63,967 bases of DNA, from NCBI GenBank assembly GCA_001179505.1, contig CDMY01000313.1, positions 1-63,967 on the forward strand. Direction: 5' to 3'. Positions 21,603-32,600 of the stretch are shown here, piece after piece; position 1 is the first letter of the stretch; the number at the start of each line of letters is the position of its first letter. Under the pieces are notes generated by a model. The model saw only the letters and a program-made list of their open reading frames with translations, made no database searches and had not been told where the DNA came from. A program made the translations under genes and the position numbers. The DNA comes from Vitrella brassicaformis CCMP3155. Lineage: Eukaryota; Protista; Chromerida.

Positions 21603-24600
21603 ATGGAGGTACGCCGCCAAGCGAACAAGGCTCATGCACACGACGCACACGGCACATGTGCACCTGTGTATTGCTGACCGACCGACCCATCAGGCTGGCA
21701 GCAAGTTTTGGGCCAAGGGCGGCGGGTCGTCGTCGGAGGAGAGCGAGGAGGAGTCAGAGGAGGAGGAGCAGCAGGTGGGAGGCCTAGGAATGTCGTCACT
21801 CGCATCTCCTGCTCATGGGCTGGTTGGTTGGTTGGTCGATTCGTTCGTTCATCAGGTGCAGCTGCGTCCCGGGCTGGCCAAGTGGGCAGTGGAGTCGTCG
21901 AGTGATGAGGACGAGAAGCGCGTGGTCCGCAGCGCACGCGACAAACGATTCGACGAAATGAGAACCGTACGCTCACACAGATTCACGTGAATCACGTGTA
22001 CGCGGTGACGCTGTGGGATGTCTCGAGTATATGTGTCTGTCTGTGTGCTTGATTGTCTTTGTCAGGCGGTGCACAACATGCGCAACCACATCCGCATCGG
22101 CGACTTCTCTGAGCTGCTGACCGACTACGAGGATTTGCTGAAGAGCCTTGTCAAGGCCCGCCAGATCGTGGACGAACAGGGCAAACCAAAGTTCTTCGTC
22201 AAGGCCATTTACGAGCTGGAGGCAAGCAACGAAGACAGACGCATCTATGGCTGCGTGTGCAACGGTGTGTATCTGTGTGTGCAGGAGTTCATATCGACGA
22301 CGTATGCAGACCGCGTTGCCTTCAAGAAGCTGAGCAAGAGCAAGGCCATCGCCTTCAACACGCTGAGGAGCAAGGTCCGCAAGGGCAACGAGGAGTTCCG
22401 CGAGGACATCGACCACTGCAGAATGGTCAGTCGCTTGGCGCGGACGCCGACTGACCACACGGATGGCTATATCTATGTGTGTGTGTGTGTGTGTGTGGTG
22501 GCAGGACCCCGACGTGTACGACGAAGACGAGGAGGGCGGCGACGAAGACGAAGACGAAAGCGAGGTAACCTAACCTCACTCTCTCGCCCTCTCCTCATCC
22601 CCCCACCCCGCAATCGCTGGTGTGCTGGTGTGTGTGGACGTACCCATCTTAATCAATCAGTCTGAGGAGTCTGACGAGTCAGAGGAGAGCAGCGAGGAGG
22701 AGGGCGGCGGGGCCAAGGCCGGCAAGGACAAGGACGAAGACGAGGAAGACGAATCGGAGAGCGAAGACGAATCAGACTGGGACGATGACGGTAAGCACCT
22801 ATAAATGTACGCTGTACTCACACACACACACACACACACTCGCATGGTGGTTGGCTGCAGAGAACGAGGAGGCATCGGACACCGAATACGCCGACAAGCA
22901 CAGCAAGGCCCTCGCCAAATGGGGGTACGCTGCCTGTCTTGTCTGCCTGGCAAAAGGGGGAGGGAGAGCAGAGCGACATTATCGTATACATATTGTGGTG
23001 TCTGTGTTTTGCGTGCAATGCAGCGCGAAGGGCGGTGGCGGTGAGGAAAAGAAGCCCAAGAAGACCGAGGAGGAGAAGAAATTGCGACAGGCAGACAAGA
23101 AAAGTGAGCCAGCCAGGGAGACACACAGAGGGGATAGACAGAGGGAGATGAGCATGTGCATTGTGTGTCCCTCTCTGCTGCTGCACAGTCAAGGAGCCCA
23201 AAAAGATCAAGCGGGAGAGAATCGCCGAGTACGCACACACACGTGTGCTGCAATCATGCAGATCAAAAACATCACACATTCACACACGCCACACCGGCAT
23301 TGTCCCGTTGGCAGGGCCGAACGTGACATGGAGAATTTCGTCGGCTTTGAAGCCATCGATTCGCCGTCGGCACTCAAGAAGAGCGTCGCCGAAGTCATCG
23401 CATCACGGTCACTCAGCACACACACACCACACCACACCACAGCCAAGTGGTGCACACCCGTCCTCGCCGTCTGCTGTGCGCTTGTGGTTGTGCAGAGGCC
23501 GCAAGGGCACTGACCGTCAAGTGCTCATCAAGTACGTGGCAGCGAGCCAGGAGAAGGAAGGGAACCTGCACACGTGTCGAATGTGTCTCGTTGGCTGTGC
23601 CTGTCTGGTCTGCAGGCAGCTGACTCGTCTGCTGCACGTGGCCGAGAAGAACAAGCTGGGAATCGACAGCGAGCTCCTGGTAAACACACACACACTGGAC
23701 ACACACACACACACACACACACACGGGCAGCATACACACGCGTGTGTGTGTATTGTGTTCATTGCAGGTGTTGTCTCTGCTGATCTCGTCGCACTTCGAC
23801 ACTGCATCGGGAGTGTTCTCGTGCCTCACCGCCAGCATATGGGCCGACACCACCACATACGTCGACATGATGGTATGGTACCCACACACGCACACAGACA
23901 GACCCTCACTCGTTCGTTCATCTGGTCTCTCTGGGTGCGGTGCATTGATTGCGTCGAATCGAATCGCTCTGTGTGTCATCCATCCATCAGGTTGACATGC
24001 TCAAGAAGAACCCCGGCCTGTGCATCCAGTCGGTCGAGGGCGACGAGGAGGCCATCGTCGAGAAAGACGAATCCGGAAAAGAAATCGACGGTCGGTCAAG
24101 CCCCCTCCCCCCTCCCTCCCTCTACGCACACATATGTCTGTCTGTCTGTCTCACTTCTCCCTCCCTCGCAGCCAAGGCGCGCACGTTCATGGTTATGTCG
24201 TCGCACCTTGAGCGCCTCGACGACGAGCTGACCAAGGCATTGCAGTTCACGGACGTGCACACGCCCGAGTATGCGGAGCGTCTGGGTCAGTCGCTGGACT
24301 TCCTCACCCTCCTGTGGAAGGTGTACGTATGGCTCAAGGACACCGAGAAGACCCAGGAGGTCGTCAAGGTGGCGCTGCGCATACTGGAGCAGATCTACTA
24401 CAAGTGAGAGGGAGGGAGGGAGGGAGGGAGGGAGATTGGGTGTGATTGATATGTTTGTATCTCTCTATCTTTCTCTCTCTGCGTGTGTGTGTGTGTGTGT
24501 AGGCATCGTTCGATAGCGTCGCGTCAGTGGGTGCTGACCAAGAAGAGAGCGCAGGACAAGGGATGGGAAAGCGCAAACCTACTCCCAGACGTACGCAGGC

Positions 24601-26720
24601 AGCTGATCGACACACGAGCCCCCCCCCCACACACACAGGCCTGCACATGAATGAAGATGTGCACCACGAGTGCGCCCATGCTGAATGCACTGCAGCCCGA
24701 GAAAGCGGAGGATGTCGTCAAGGAGCTGGTTCAGCTGGTCTACCAACACGGTGAGTGAGCAGCCAAACAACCTGAAAACAAAGCAAAAGACAAACGAATG
24801 TCGCGCGACTCGACTGCCCTCTTGTGTGTGTGCAGGTGACGAGAAAGCCCGACTCCGCGCGATGCTCTACGAGGTGACCTTCACCGCCCACGCCCCCTGC
24901 ACACACCCACCCACCCCCACCCCCAACACACGCACATCCGTCCATCCCGTCCTGATTGCAGGCCTATCAGCATTCCCTGCACGACCGCTACGACGCCGCC
25001 AAGGACCTGCTGCGCCTCACCAACGCGCAGGACCTCGCCATGCAGTATGACGTGTCGGTGCAGATTCTCTACAACCGGAACCTCGTGCAGGCGGGGCTCT
25101 GCGCCTTCCGACACGGCAAGATCGCCGAGGCACACGCCAGCCTCATGGAGGTGTGCGCTCAGGCCAAGCTGAAGGAGCTGTTGGCACAGGTGAGCGAGTG
25201 AGTGCGTCTCTATCTATCGGTTCGGTTCGACTCGTGTGGTGGGGCGGTCGGCATCTTGCTGTCTGTGTCTGGTTGGTTGGTTGTGTTGATTGTGGGTGCC
25301 GGCAGGGTATGTCCAACCTCCGCCCAGAGCAGCGCACGCCCGAACAGGAGAGGGCGGAGAGGCGCCGGCAGCTGCCGTACCACATGCACATCTCGCTGGA
25401 GCTCATCGAATCTGTCCACCACATGTAGCCACCACAAGACACACAGAGACAGACAGACAGACAGAGAGAGAGAGAAAAAAAGGCGAGAGAGACGTGTGTG
25501 GCTGTGTGTGTGTTCCTGCCTGCCTGCCTGCCTCCTTGTCTGTCTGTGTGTCAGTTGTGCGATGCTGCTGGAGGTTCCCAATCTGGCCATGCAGCCGTAC
25601 CAGTCGCTCGACACGCGCAAGAGGGTCATCTCAAAGTACTTCAGGAAACAGCTCGACGCATACGAGAAACAGGTCTTCACCGGCCCCCCTGAGAACCCTC
25701 GCGAGACCGTCATGGCGGCCACAAGAGCCCTGCAAAAGGGTGAGTGAGGGGAGCCAAGAGCGGCACCAAGTACCTCTCTCTCTCTCGCCGTCTGGGCTGC
25801 TTGTGTGTGCGTTAGGCAACTGGCAGGAGTGTTGCGACTACCTGTTTAGCCTGCGGATCTGGGAGCTGCTGCCCAGCAGCAGCGAGGAGGAAATGAAACG
25901 CGTCAAGGCCAACGTCACCGAGCACGTCAAGAGGGAGGCCCTCAGGACATACCTCTTCACCGTAAGCTGAGCAGCGGCACCTCACCAGGCTGCAGCGAGC
26001 CAAGCAGCCTGGGGTGGCATAGCAGAGAGGGGGAGAGTGAGTGGCGGGCGATTCGGGTGAGTGCTGGATTGATTGGTTTGTGCGTGTGTGCAGTATAGCA
26101 GTTTGTATGAGTCGTTCGCGCTCACCCAGCTGTCCAAAATGTTCGACCTGCCCGTCAAGGAAATCCACCGAATCGTCAGCAAGGTCCGTCACACACACAC
26201 TCCCACTTGAACACACACAAGCCACTCCCTCCCTCCCTCCCTCTGAATGTGTGTGTGTCCATCTTTCTCTCTCTGTCAGATGATGATCTCCCAAGAGATC
26301 CCGGCCACCTGGGATGAGTCGTCGGAGTGCATCCTGGTCCACCGCATCGACCCGAACCCCATCCAGTACCTCGCCACACAGCTCGCCGAGCGCGTCGCTC
26401 AGACCGTCGAGGTCAACGAGCGCATGGCCGAGTCCAAGAAGGGCCGCGGCCCGCCTCTCGACCGCCCAATGATGTTCTTCCAGGACCGCGACGACCGCTA
26501 CGCCGAGACGTCATACGAGCGCCGGAGCGGCTATGGCCCCTCTTACGGCGGGGGGCAATACGGCGGCAGGGGCGGCGGCTTCCGGCTTGGCTACCGAGGG
26601 GGCTACGGTGGCGGCCGGGGAGAAGGCGGCCGAGGTGGCGGGTTCCGCGGGCGGGGCGGGGGCATTGGCTACGGCTACCGCGGGAGCACCGGGGGCGGCC
26701 GGGGGAGAGGGGGGTACTGA
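21603..26720 (+). CDS. EIF3C: Eukaryotic translation initiation factor 3 subunit C
   Basis: ME|[18 protein letters not shown]; [22 protein letters not shown]; [18 protein letters not shown]; LLAQG; [16 protein letters not shown]; [19 protein letters not shown]; PCI-region [15 protein letters not shown]; RGG-rich tail. Confidence 0.97.
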
Positions 26721-27360
26721 GGCGTGTGGTGAGGGGGGTGGGTGTGTTTCAAGCATTCATCGGGTGGGTGAATGGATGGGCGGTGGGGATTTTAATGAGG
26801 GGCGATGTGGCCTGTCTGTGAGTGAGCGCATGGTGCGTGGGACGGGCGGCGGGCGGTGTGTGACTCTGTGCTGGGAGTGCGTCGCACTGCTGTCTGCCTG
26901 CCTGCCTGCCTGGTTGGCGAGACATTTTTTCATGACACACCTCTCGTGGCTGCAGGATGAAGCGTAAGGTGTGTCGGTCTGAATGAATGGGCGTGTGCGT
27001 GTTGGTGAGGCCACACAACAGACACAGCTGACATTAAACATGAACACACTGGTCCTTCCACAGATACATGGACTTGTGTCAGTCGGAGCACACCGTCCAC
27101 ACCTGGACACACCCCTGCACCCTTCACAGTGTGTCCATCTCTTCCTCTGCTGCCGTGGTGAACACGTCTTAACGCGAATCGTCTTAGACACTGAACCAAC
27201 ACGTACACTCACCCACAAAGAACACACCAAGGAGCCGAGTTCTCTAACGCGCAGAGACCTATGGCTTATCGACACAGCACAGTTCACAAGGGGGCGTAGG
27301 AGGGGGCAAGAGCAGCAAGCATGAAAGACATGAACAACATGGACACGCCACGCAGGCAGG

Positions 27361-27920
27361 CTATCTGCCTCTTCTCCTTCTCAGCTCTGCGAGCTGGAGG
27401 GCAGCCGTAGCACCGAGCTTCTCTTGCCGAGCGGTGAAGTCTTGCATGCTCATGCACTGCATCATGACCTCCAAATACTTCGGAGTGCCCGGACACCTGT
27501 CCACCGCATTCAAACCCTGAACGAGACACACGAAGGAGAGAGAGACACGACAGTAATCGTCTTGTCCTTCGTCTGTTCGTCTGGCGGGGTGTTGTTTACC
27601 GCGTTAGATGGGTCGACTTGGCACTGATGGACGCCCTGGCACCAATCCCTCACCCTTTCGGTCACCTCCTCAACACAACTCGTCGAATATCCCTCAGGAG
27701 CAGGCAGCGAACCGTCACTCTCCACCGCAAGCACATCCTCCTCAGCCCCGCCCACAGAACTCGCCGCCACGTCCTCAAGCGGCGTCTCGGCCGCGGCGGC
27801 CGACGGCCGACACACAGAAAAGCCCTCCGTCCTGCCCCACACCGCCCTCTCAATAAACAGAACCTCATCTCTTGAACAAGACAACGACTTATCCACTGCG
27901 TTCGGGCAGACAATTCTCTG
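27361..27920 (-). other. SUEL/rhamnose-binding (Gal_lectin) domain, C-terminus of the mosaic gene
   Basis: [18 protein letters not shown]...C...SC..EV...[13 protein letters not shown]...[16 protein letters not shown] matches the SUEL pattern (DPCPGTxKYLEVxYxC). Confidence 0.85.
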
Positions 27921-29656
27921 CTGAATGGCAGAGGAGAGGCCTGGCGGGGACTACCCTGGAGGGGCCCTTGCTGGTCTGTCGGTCGCTTCAGCGTCTCGCC
28001 TGCACACAGCGGGCAGGTCTTGGTCGCAGGGGACCTCGGCAAGGAGGAAGAGAGGCGACCCGGCGTCCTGCGGGCCCCACCTCAGCTGCCCACACCCCCA
28101 CTGAATGCCGGCACTCCGCCTCCTGTCTCTCTCGATAAGTGACAGGTGCCAGAAGGGGGTGGGGGTGACCGGCGAGAGGGCCGCTCTTCTGTCGTGCCCG
28201 TGCCTTTGTGCTTGGTTGACTTGTATGGTCGAAGAGACGTTGTTGAAAGCCGGGTCGGTGAGGCGGTCTGGCAGGGGTCCGAGGTGCTGCGGCGGGAGTG
28301 ATCCTGGGTGGGGGTCGAGTGGCGACTGCCAGCCGGTGCCGGCCGTGCCGCCATGGTCGATGGCCGCCTCGTAGTGCCGTTTCGCGCCCACCCAGCAGCC
28401 TTGGCTCCTGATACATGCATGGATGTGTTCCAAGCCAGATGAGCAGAGAAAGGGAGAGGGAGAGTTTTCTGTCTGCTGTGGTATTCTTTCTGATCGACCT
28501 GACTGACCTGCATATTTGTGTGAGGACAAAGTAGGCCTCCTGGGGGGAGGCCACGCTCGCGAGATAGCTCTGTGTGGGTGGGTTGAGGATGTCGTCCTTC
28601 GTACAGGCCTCCCCGCCCTCAGCGAAGCTCATCTTCATGCCCGGGTGCGCCACCCGCCAGCAGGAGTACTCCTTCTCAACGCCCTTGAGACACCGTCCGG
28701 CACCGAACAGGCTGCCGGCCTCGCTGCCCTCTGACAGAGGGCTCCTGGTCTTGACGAGCGAGCCTGTGGGGGCCTCGTTGAGCGCCAGGTAGAAGATGTC
28801 CTCGGGCTCGTTTGTGAGGTGCGCGCGCTTGTCGGAAGGGTCGCCGCCGCGAGAACAGATCTCGCCGCACAGGTGGGCCTCAAACTGACAATGGCGTGTA
28901 GAGAAAGACACATAGACACACCAGGTGGGCACCAGGTCTGTGTCTGTGTCTGTGTGTGTGAGTTGTCACCCCGTTCGAGTCGGCGCTGTCGAGCCGCACT
29001 GAGACGGCGTGTGTCTCGCGGACAGTCGGTGGCACTGCGAACAGGTGGGGCTTGCTGTGGCTGGTGAAAACGATCGACCTGTCTGCTTTGGGGAACTCCA
29101 CACGCCTTCTCTGGCCGTCGATGCCCTTGCCGTCGTATGGGACCGCCATGTACTCCCTGTCGGCGAACAGACCGAAAGGCACCTTTCTCTCCCCCCCAAC
29201 AGTGGGCGCCATCGCCATCCACCCCACAACCTCATCCTGGTGCTCTCTTCCAGCCGACGGGCCGCCAAGGGTCACCTTGTCGTCTTGCAGCGCCATCCAG
29301 AAGCCGTCTTCGTGGGTCTTGTTGATGCGCACCACTAGGTAGCCCCCCTGCAAGTATGACTGCACTTGAGCGATGACCACGGGAGGCGCGTCGAACCGCT
29401 CGGGAAAGACGACCCACTGGAAGGCGCCGTCGCCGCGGACCTTTGTAGCGCCCACATGGAAGGGCAGCTTCAGCGTGGAATGTGCGTGTGCAGCAGATGT
29501 GTCGGTGGTGGGGTCGTATGGTGGTGCGGCGATGAAGCTGCCTCGGTCGATGGCGAGGATGTCGACCGTCTCGGGGTCGTGCTGCTTGTCGCGGCAAGAG
29601 GCCTCCTCCACACGAGCATCGAAGCACCAATGGTCCGGGGACGGGCACCTACAAGA

Positions 29657-29690
<34 letters not shown>

Positions 29691-32600
29691 TCGACGCGTC
29701 AGTGGGTGATCAACTCAAAGACTCACTTATAGTCGGTGCTTTGCCCCCTTCGCAGGTGTTTCAGCCTCCCCACAGCCTCGGTCGAATCACGATTGAAGGC
29801 CGGGCCCAGAAACACAACCGGCGGCAGCAGGTCAGCAAACTCGTCCGCCGCAGCACTGGCCGACGCCCCCTCCCCATGTAGAGTGCGGCGGAGCAGCACC
29901 GTCGTCCACTCGCTTGACAGCTTCAACCGGCCGCTCTCGCCGATGGTGACGAGCGCCGAGGGGGTGAATGGCTGCACGGGCTCGACGGCGATGTTCTCGC
30001 CGGGCAGCATGAGGGGGTAGTTGCTGTAGGGGACGTTCTCGAAGGCGCTGGGGGCGACAGCGAGGGCGGCGACGGTCGTGCCGTAGGGGAGGGACACCGT
30101 CCGTTCGGATTGCGAGGTCGGGGCCGTCTCGACGTCGGTGCTCTCCTCGAAGCCCGTGGCGCATCCGTGATCCTGACCGTGGTGAGACATGAACACATGG
30201 GGGCGATTGATGGATGGATGGATGGCTTCTCTCACCTCATAGACGACTTTGGCGTGTTGGCCGTCGACGTCATTGGCCCTGAGTGACGCGGGGTTGTGCT
30301 CGACATCCACAGGGGGCGGGTCAGAGTACTGCGGGGCGAGGAAGAGCATTGGGTAGCGGTTGACCAGGGTGTCGTGCTCCTCGTCCAAGAAGGGCCGGGG
30401 ATACACCAGCGACAGATGCTCGCCGCCCTTCTGCAAGTCTTCGCGGGTCTAACCAACACAGATGCATGGCGGCGAGAAAGCTGCCTGTCTCTTGCTTCTG
30501 TGCTGTGTGTGTGTCTGTATAGGTGTGTACCACTTTGAATGCAGTGAATGTCCGCCGGCCGAGGTGCCCCGATGTGGCGGCGTCGAGGGCGATGTAGCCG
30601 ACCCGCTCGGTGGGGTGAGGGATGGACCGGCCCACCTGAACAACAGCCACCCAATCATTGGCATGGATGGATCTCGAGAGAGAGAGAGATACCCTCCCTC
30701 CCTCCTCACCTCTGTGAGGGAGACATCCTTGAGGTTGAGCTTGAAGTTGTGGTCAGTGACGTTGACGATCCGCGTCTCGACGTAATCCGTCCCCTCATTC
30801 GTTTGCAGCTGACCAAAGCCAACAGAGACACAAGGCATATACTGACTGATTCATGCCGTGTGCATGGGATGCGCTGCTCCTGGCCCACTTGCCTGTGTGA
30901 GGACTAGTGGTGGCGTGCCGAACGGCGCCTTGAGTGAGACGGCGTGCATGTGTTTGTCGCCGACGACATCGGCCACATTGGCTTCCACAGTCAGCCCCTC
31001 CATGGTGCGATACCGACCTGCCTGCAGAGCGATCCAGCTGACGTGCACACGGGCTGCGGCCTTCGACTTGCGACAGGGGCTCGCCTGACCGACCATCGAC
31101 CAGCCAACCCATGACGCAACCAGGAATATTACCCCCCACCGCTCCCTCTCTCTCACCGACCTGCAGCTTGATATCAAAGCACCATGTGCCGACGTTGTCC
31201 GTGTCCAACGAGGTCCCCTGCGCAGATATCCCGCCGGCATGCATAAAGCGGCTCCCTCCCGGCGTGCACGAAGGGTCCGACGCAGACGCAGGCCGCACAT
31301 TCCTGATCCTTGGCAGCGGCAGCCCCTTGACAGGCCCGGGGAAGGCCAGCACGACGGGATAGGTGTAGACCTGCTGCAGCCTGACGGTGACCCAGCCTTT
31401 CTCCTTGAAGAGTGCTGTTGTTGTTTCGGCCTCATCGGTGCCGGTGTGGAGGTCGCTGCCGCCCGGGTGGCCAAGGGTGAGGAAGAGGGAGCCCGTTTCG
31501 CCGATGGGGATCTGGCCGGCCTGCGTGGCCGCCTCGAAGTCGCTCGGAGGGGGAATCGCCGTCGGCTGGAAAGCTGCATGCCATGTATCAGACATGAGAC
31601 ACGACGCTTCTGCGCTCCTTGCTGCCTTTGTTCCTATTTCGGCTCACTGTCCGCAACCACCTCCAGTGGCGCGCTGTCCTTCTCCTCATCCAGAACAAAG
31701 TACCCCACTGTCTCATTGTAGACCCTGCCGCTCCCCACCTCCCCGCCATCCCGCAGTGTGCGCTCCACCGTAAGGTTCGCCGTCTTGTGTGACCGGTGGC
31801 CCGCCCTCACGTGGAGGGGGGTGGTCTCGCGGTAGGTCAGGATGGAGGCCAGCACGTGGGGGCTCGTGGTCTTGCCGAAGTGGTTCCTCCGCCGCCGGTT
31901 GCCGCCTCCGAGACGCTCTTCCTCGGAGGTGACCGTATCCGTTGTGCCTTCTGCACCGGAGGCGGTCGGGGGCGCTGATTCGCCGTCTTCGGGTGGGAGC
32001 TCTTCATCGTGTGGCGGAAACTTGCCGATGGGGACAACCCTGTCATTTGCCACGTGCTGACACACACCAGAGAGAGAGGACAGAAGGATGGAGGGTCCGT
32101 GTCCGATTGGATGAAGGTGCATCGTGTCTCACCACTCGTCCAGATGAAAATGCCCGGCTGCCGAAGAAGCCCTTGGGGCTGACCTCCATGGCCATCCACC
32201 CCACACGCTCCGTCGGGTGGTTGTTGCCGAGGTCCGCACCGTCTCCCTCCAAAGCCAGCTCGAAACCTCCCGCCGTCACGTGTCTCACTCGGGAGCTCAC
32301 AAAAGACCGCCCGCGGGACGTCTGGATCTGCACACCACACGCGAAAGAAAAAGAGACAGCCATCCAGAAAGGGTCAGAGACAACAGGATGGATGGCAGTC
32401 ACCTGCAGGACGATCAGCGGTGGTGTGGGGAAAGGGTCGTCGAAGAGCACGGCGTGGAAGGCCCGGTCGCCGGGGACCTCCACCGATCCCGTCTGGAAGA
32501 GGTGGCCGTCGTCAGAGCGGAAGAGGCCGGCTTCCACGGCCAGCCAGTCCACTCGCTCCTGCTTGTGCCAGCCATCTGTCACGTTGCCAACCTAAGAAAG

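Noticed and set aside
20992-21690. 232-aa minus-strand ORF as an N-terminal extension of the GH13 gene
   Set aside because: It spans the divergent promoter and eIF3c start and is microsatellite-derived; ATG 21126 is a more plausible start.
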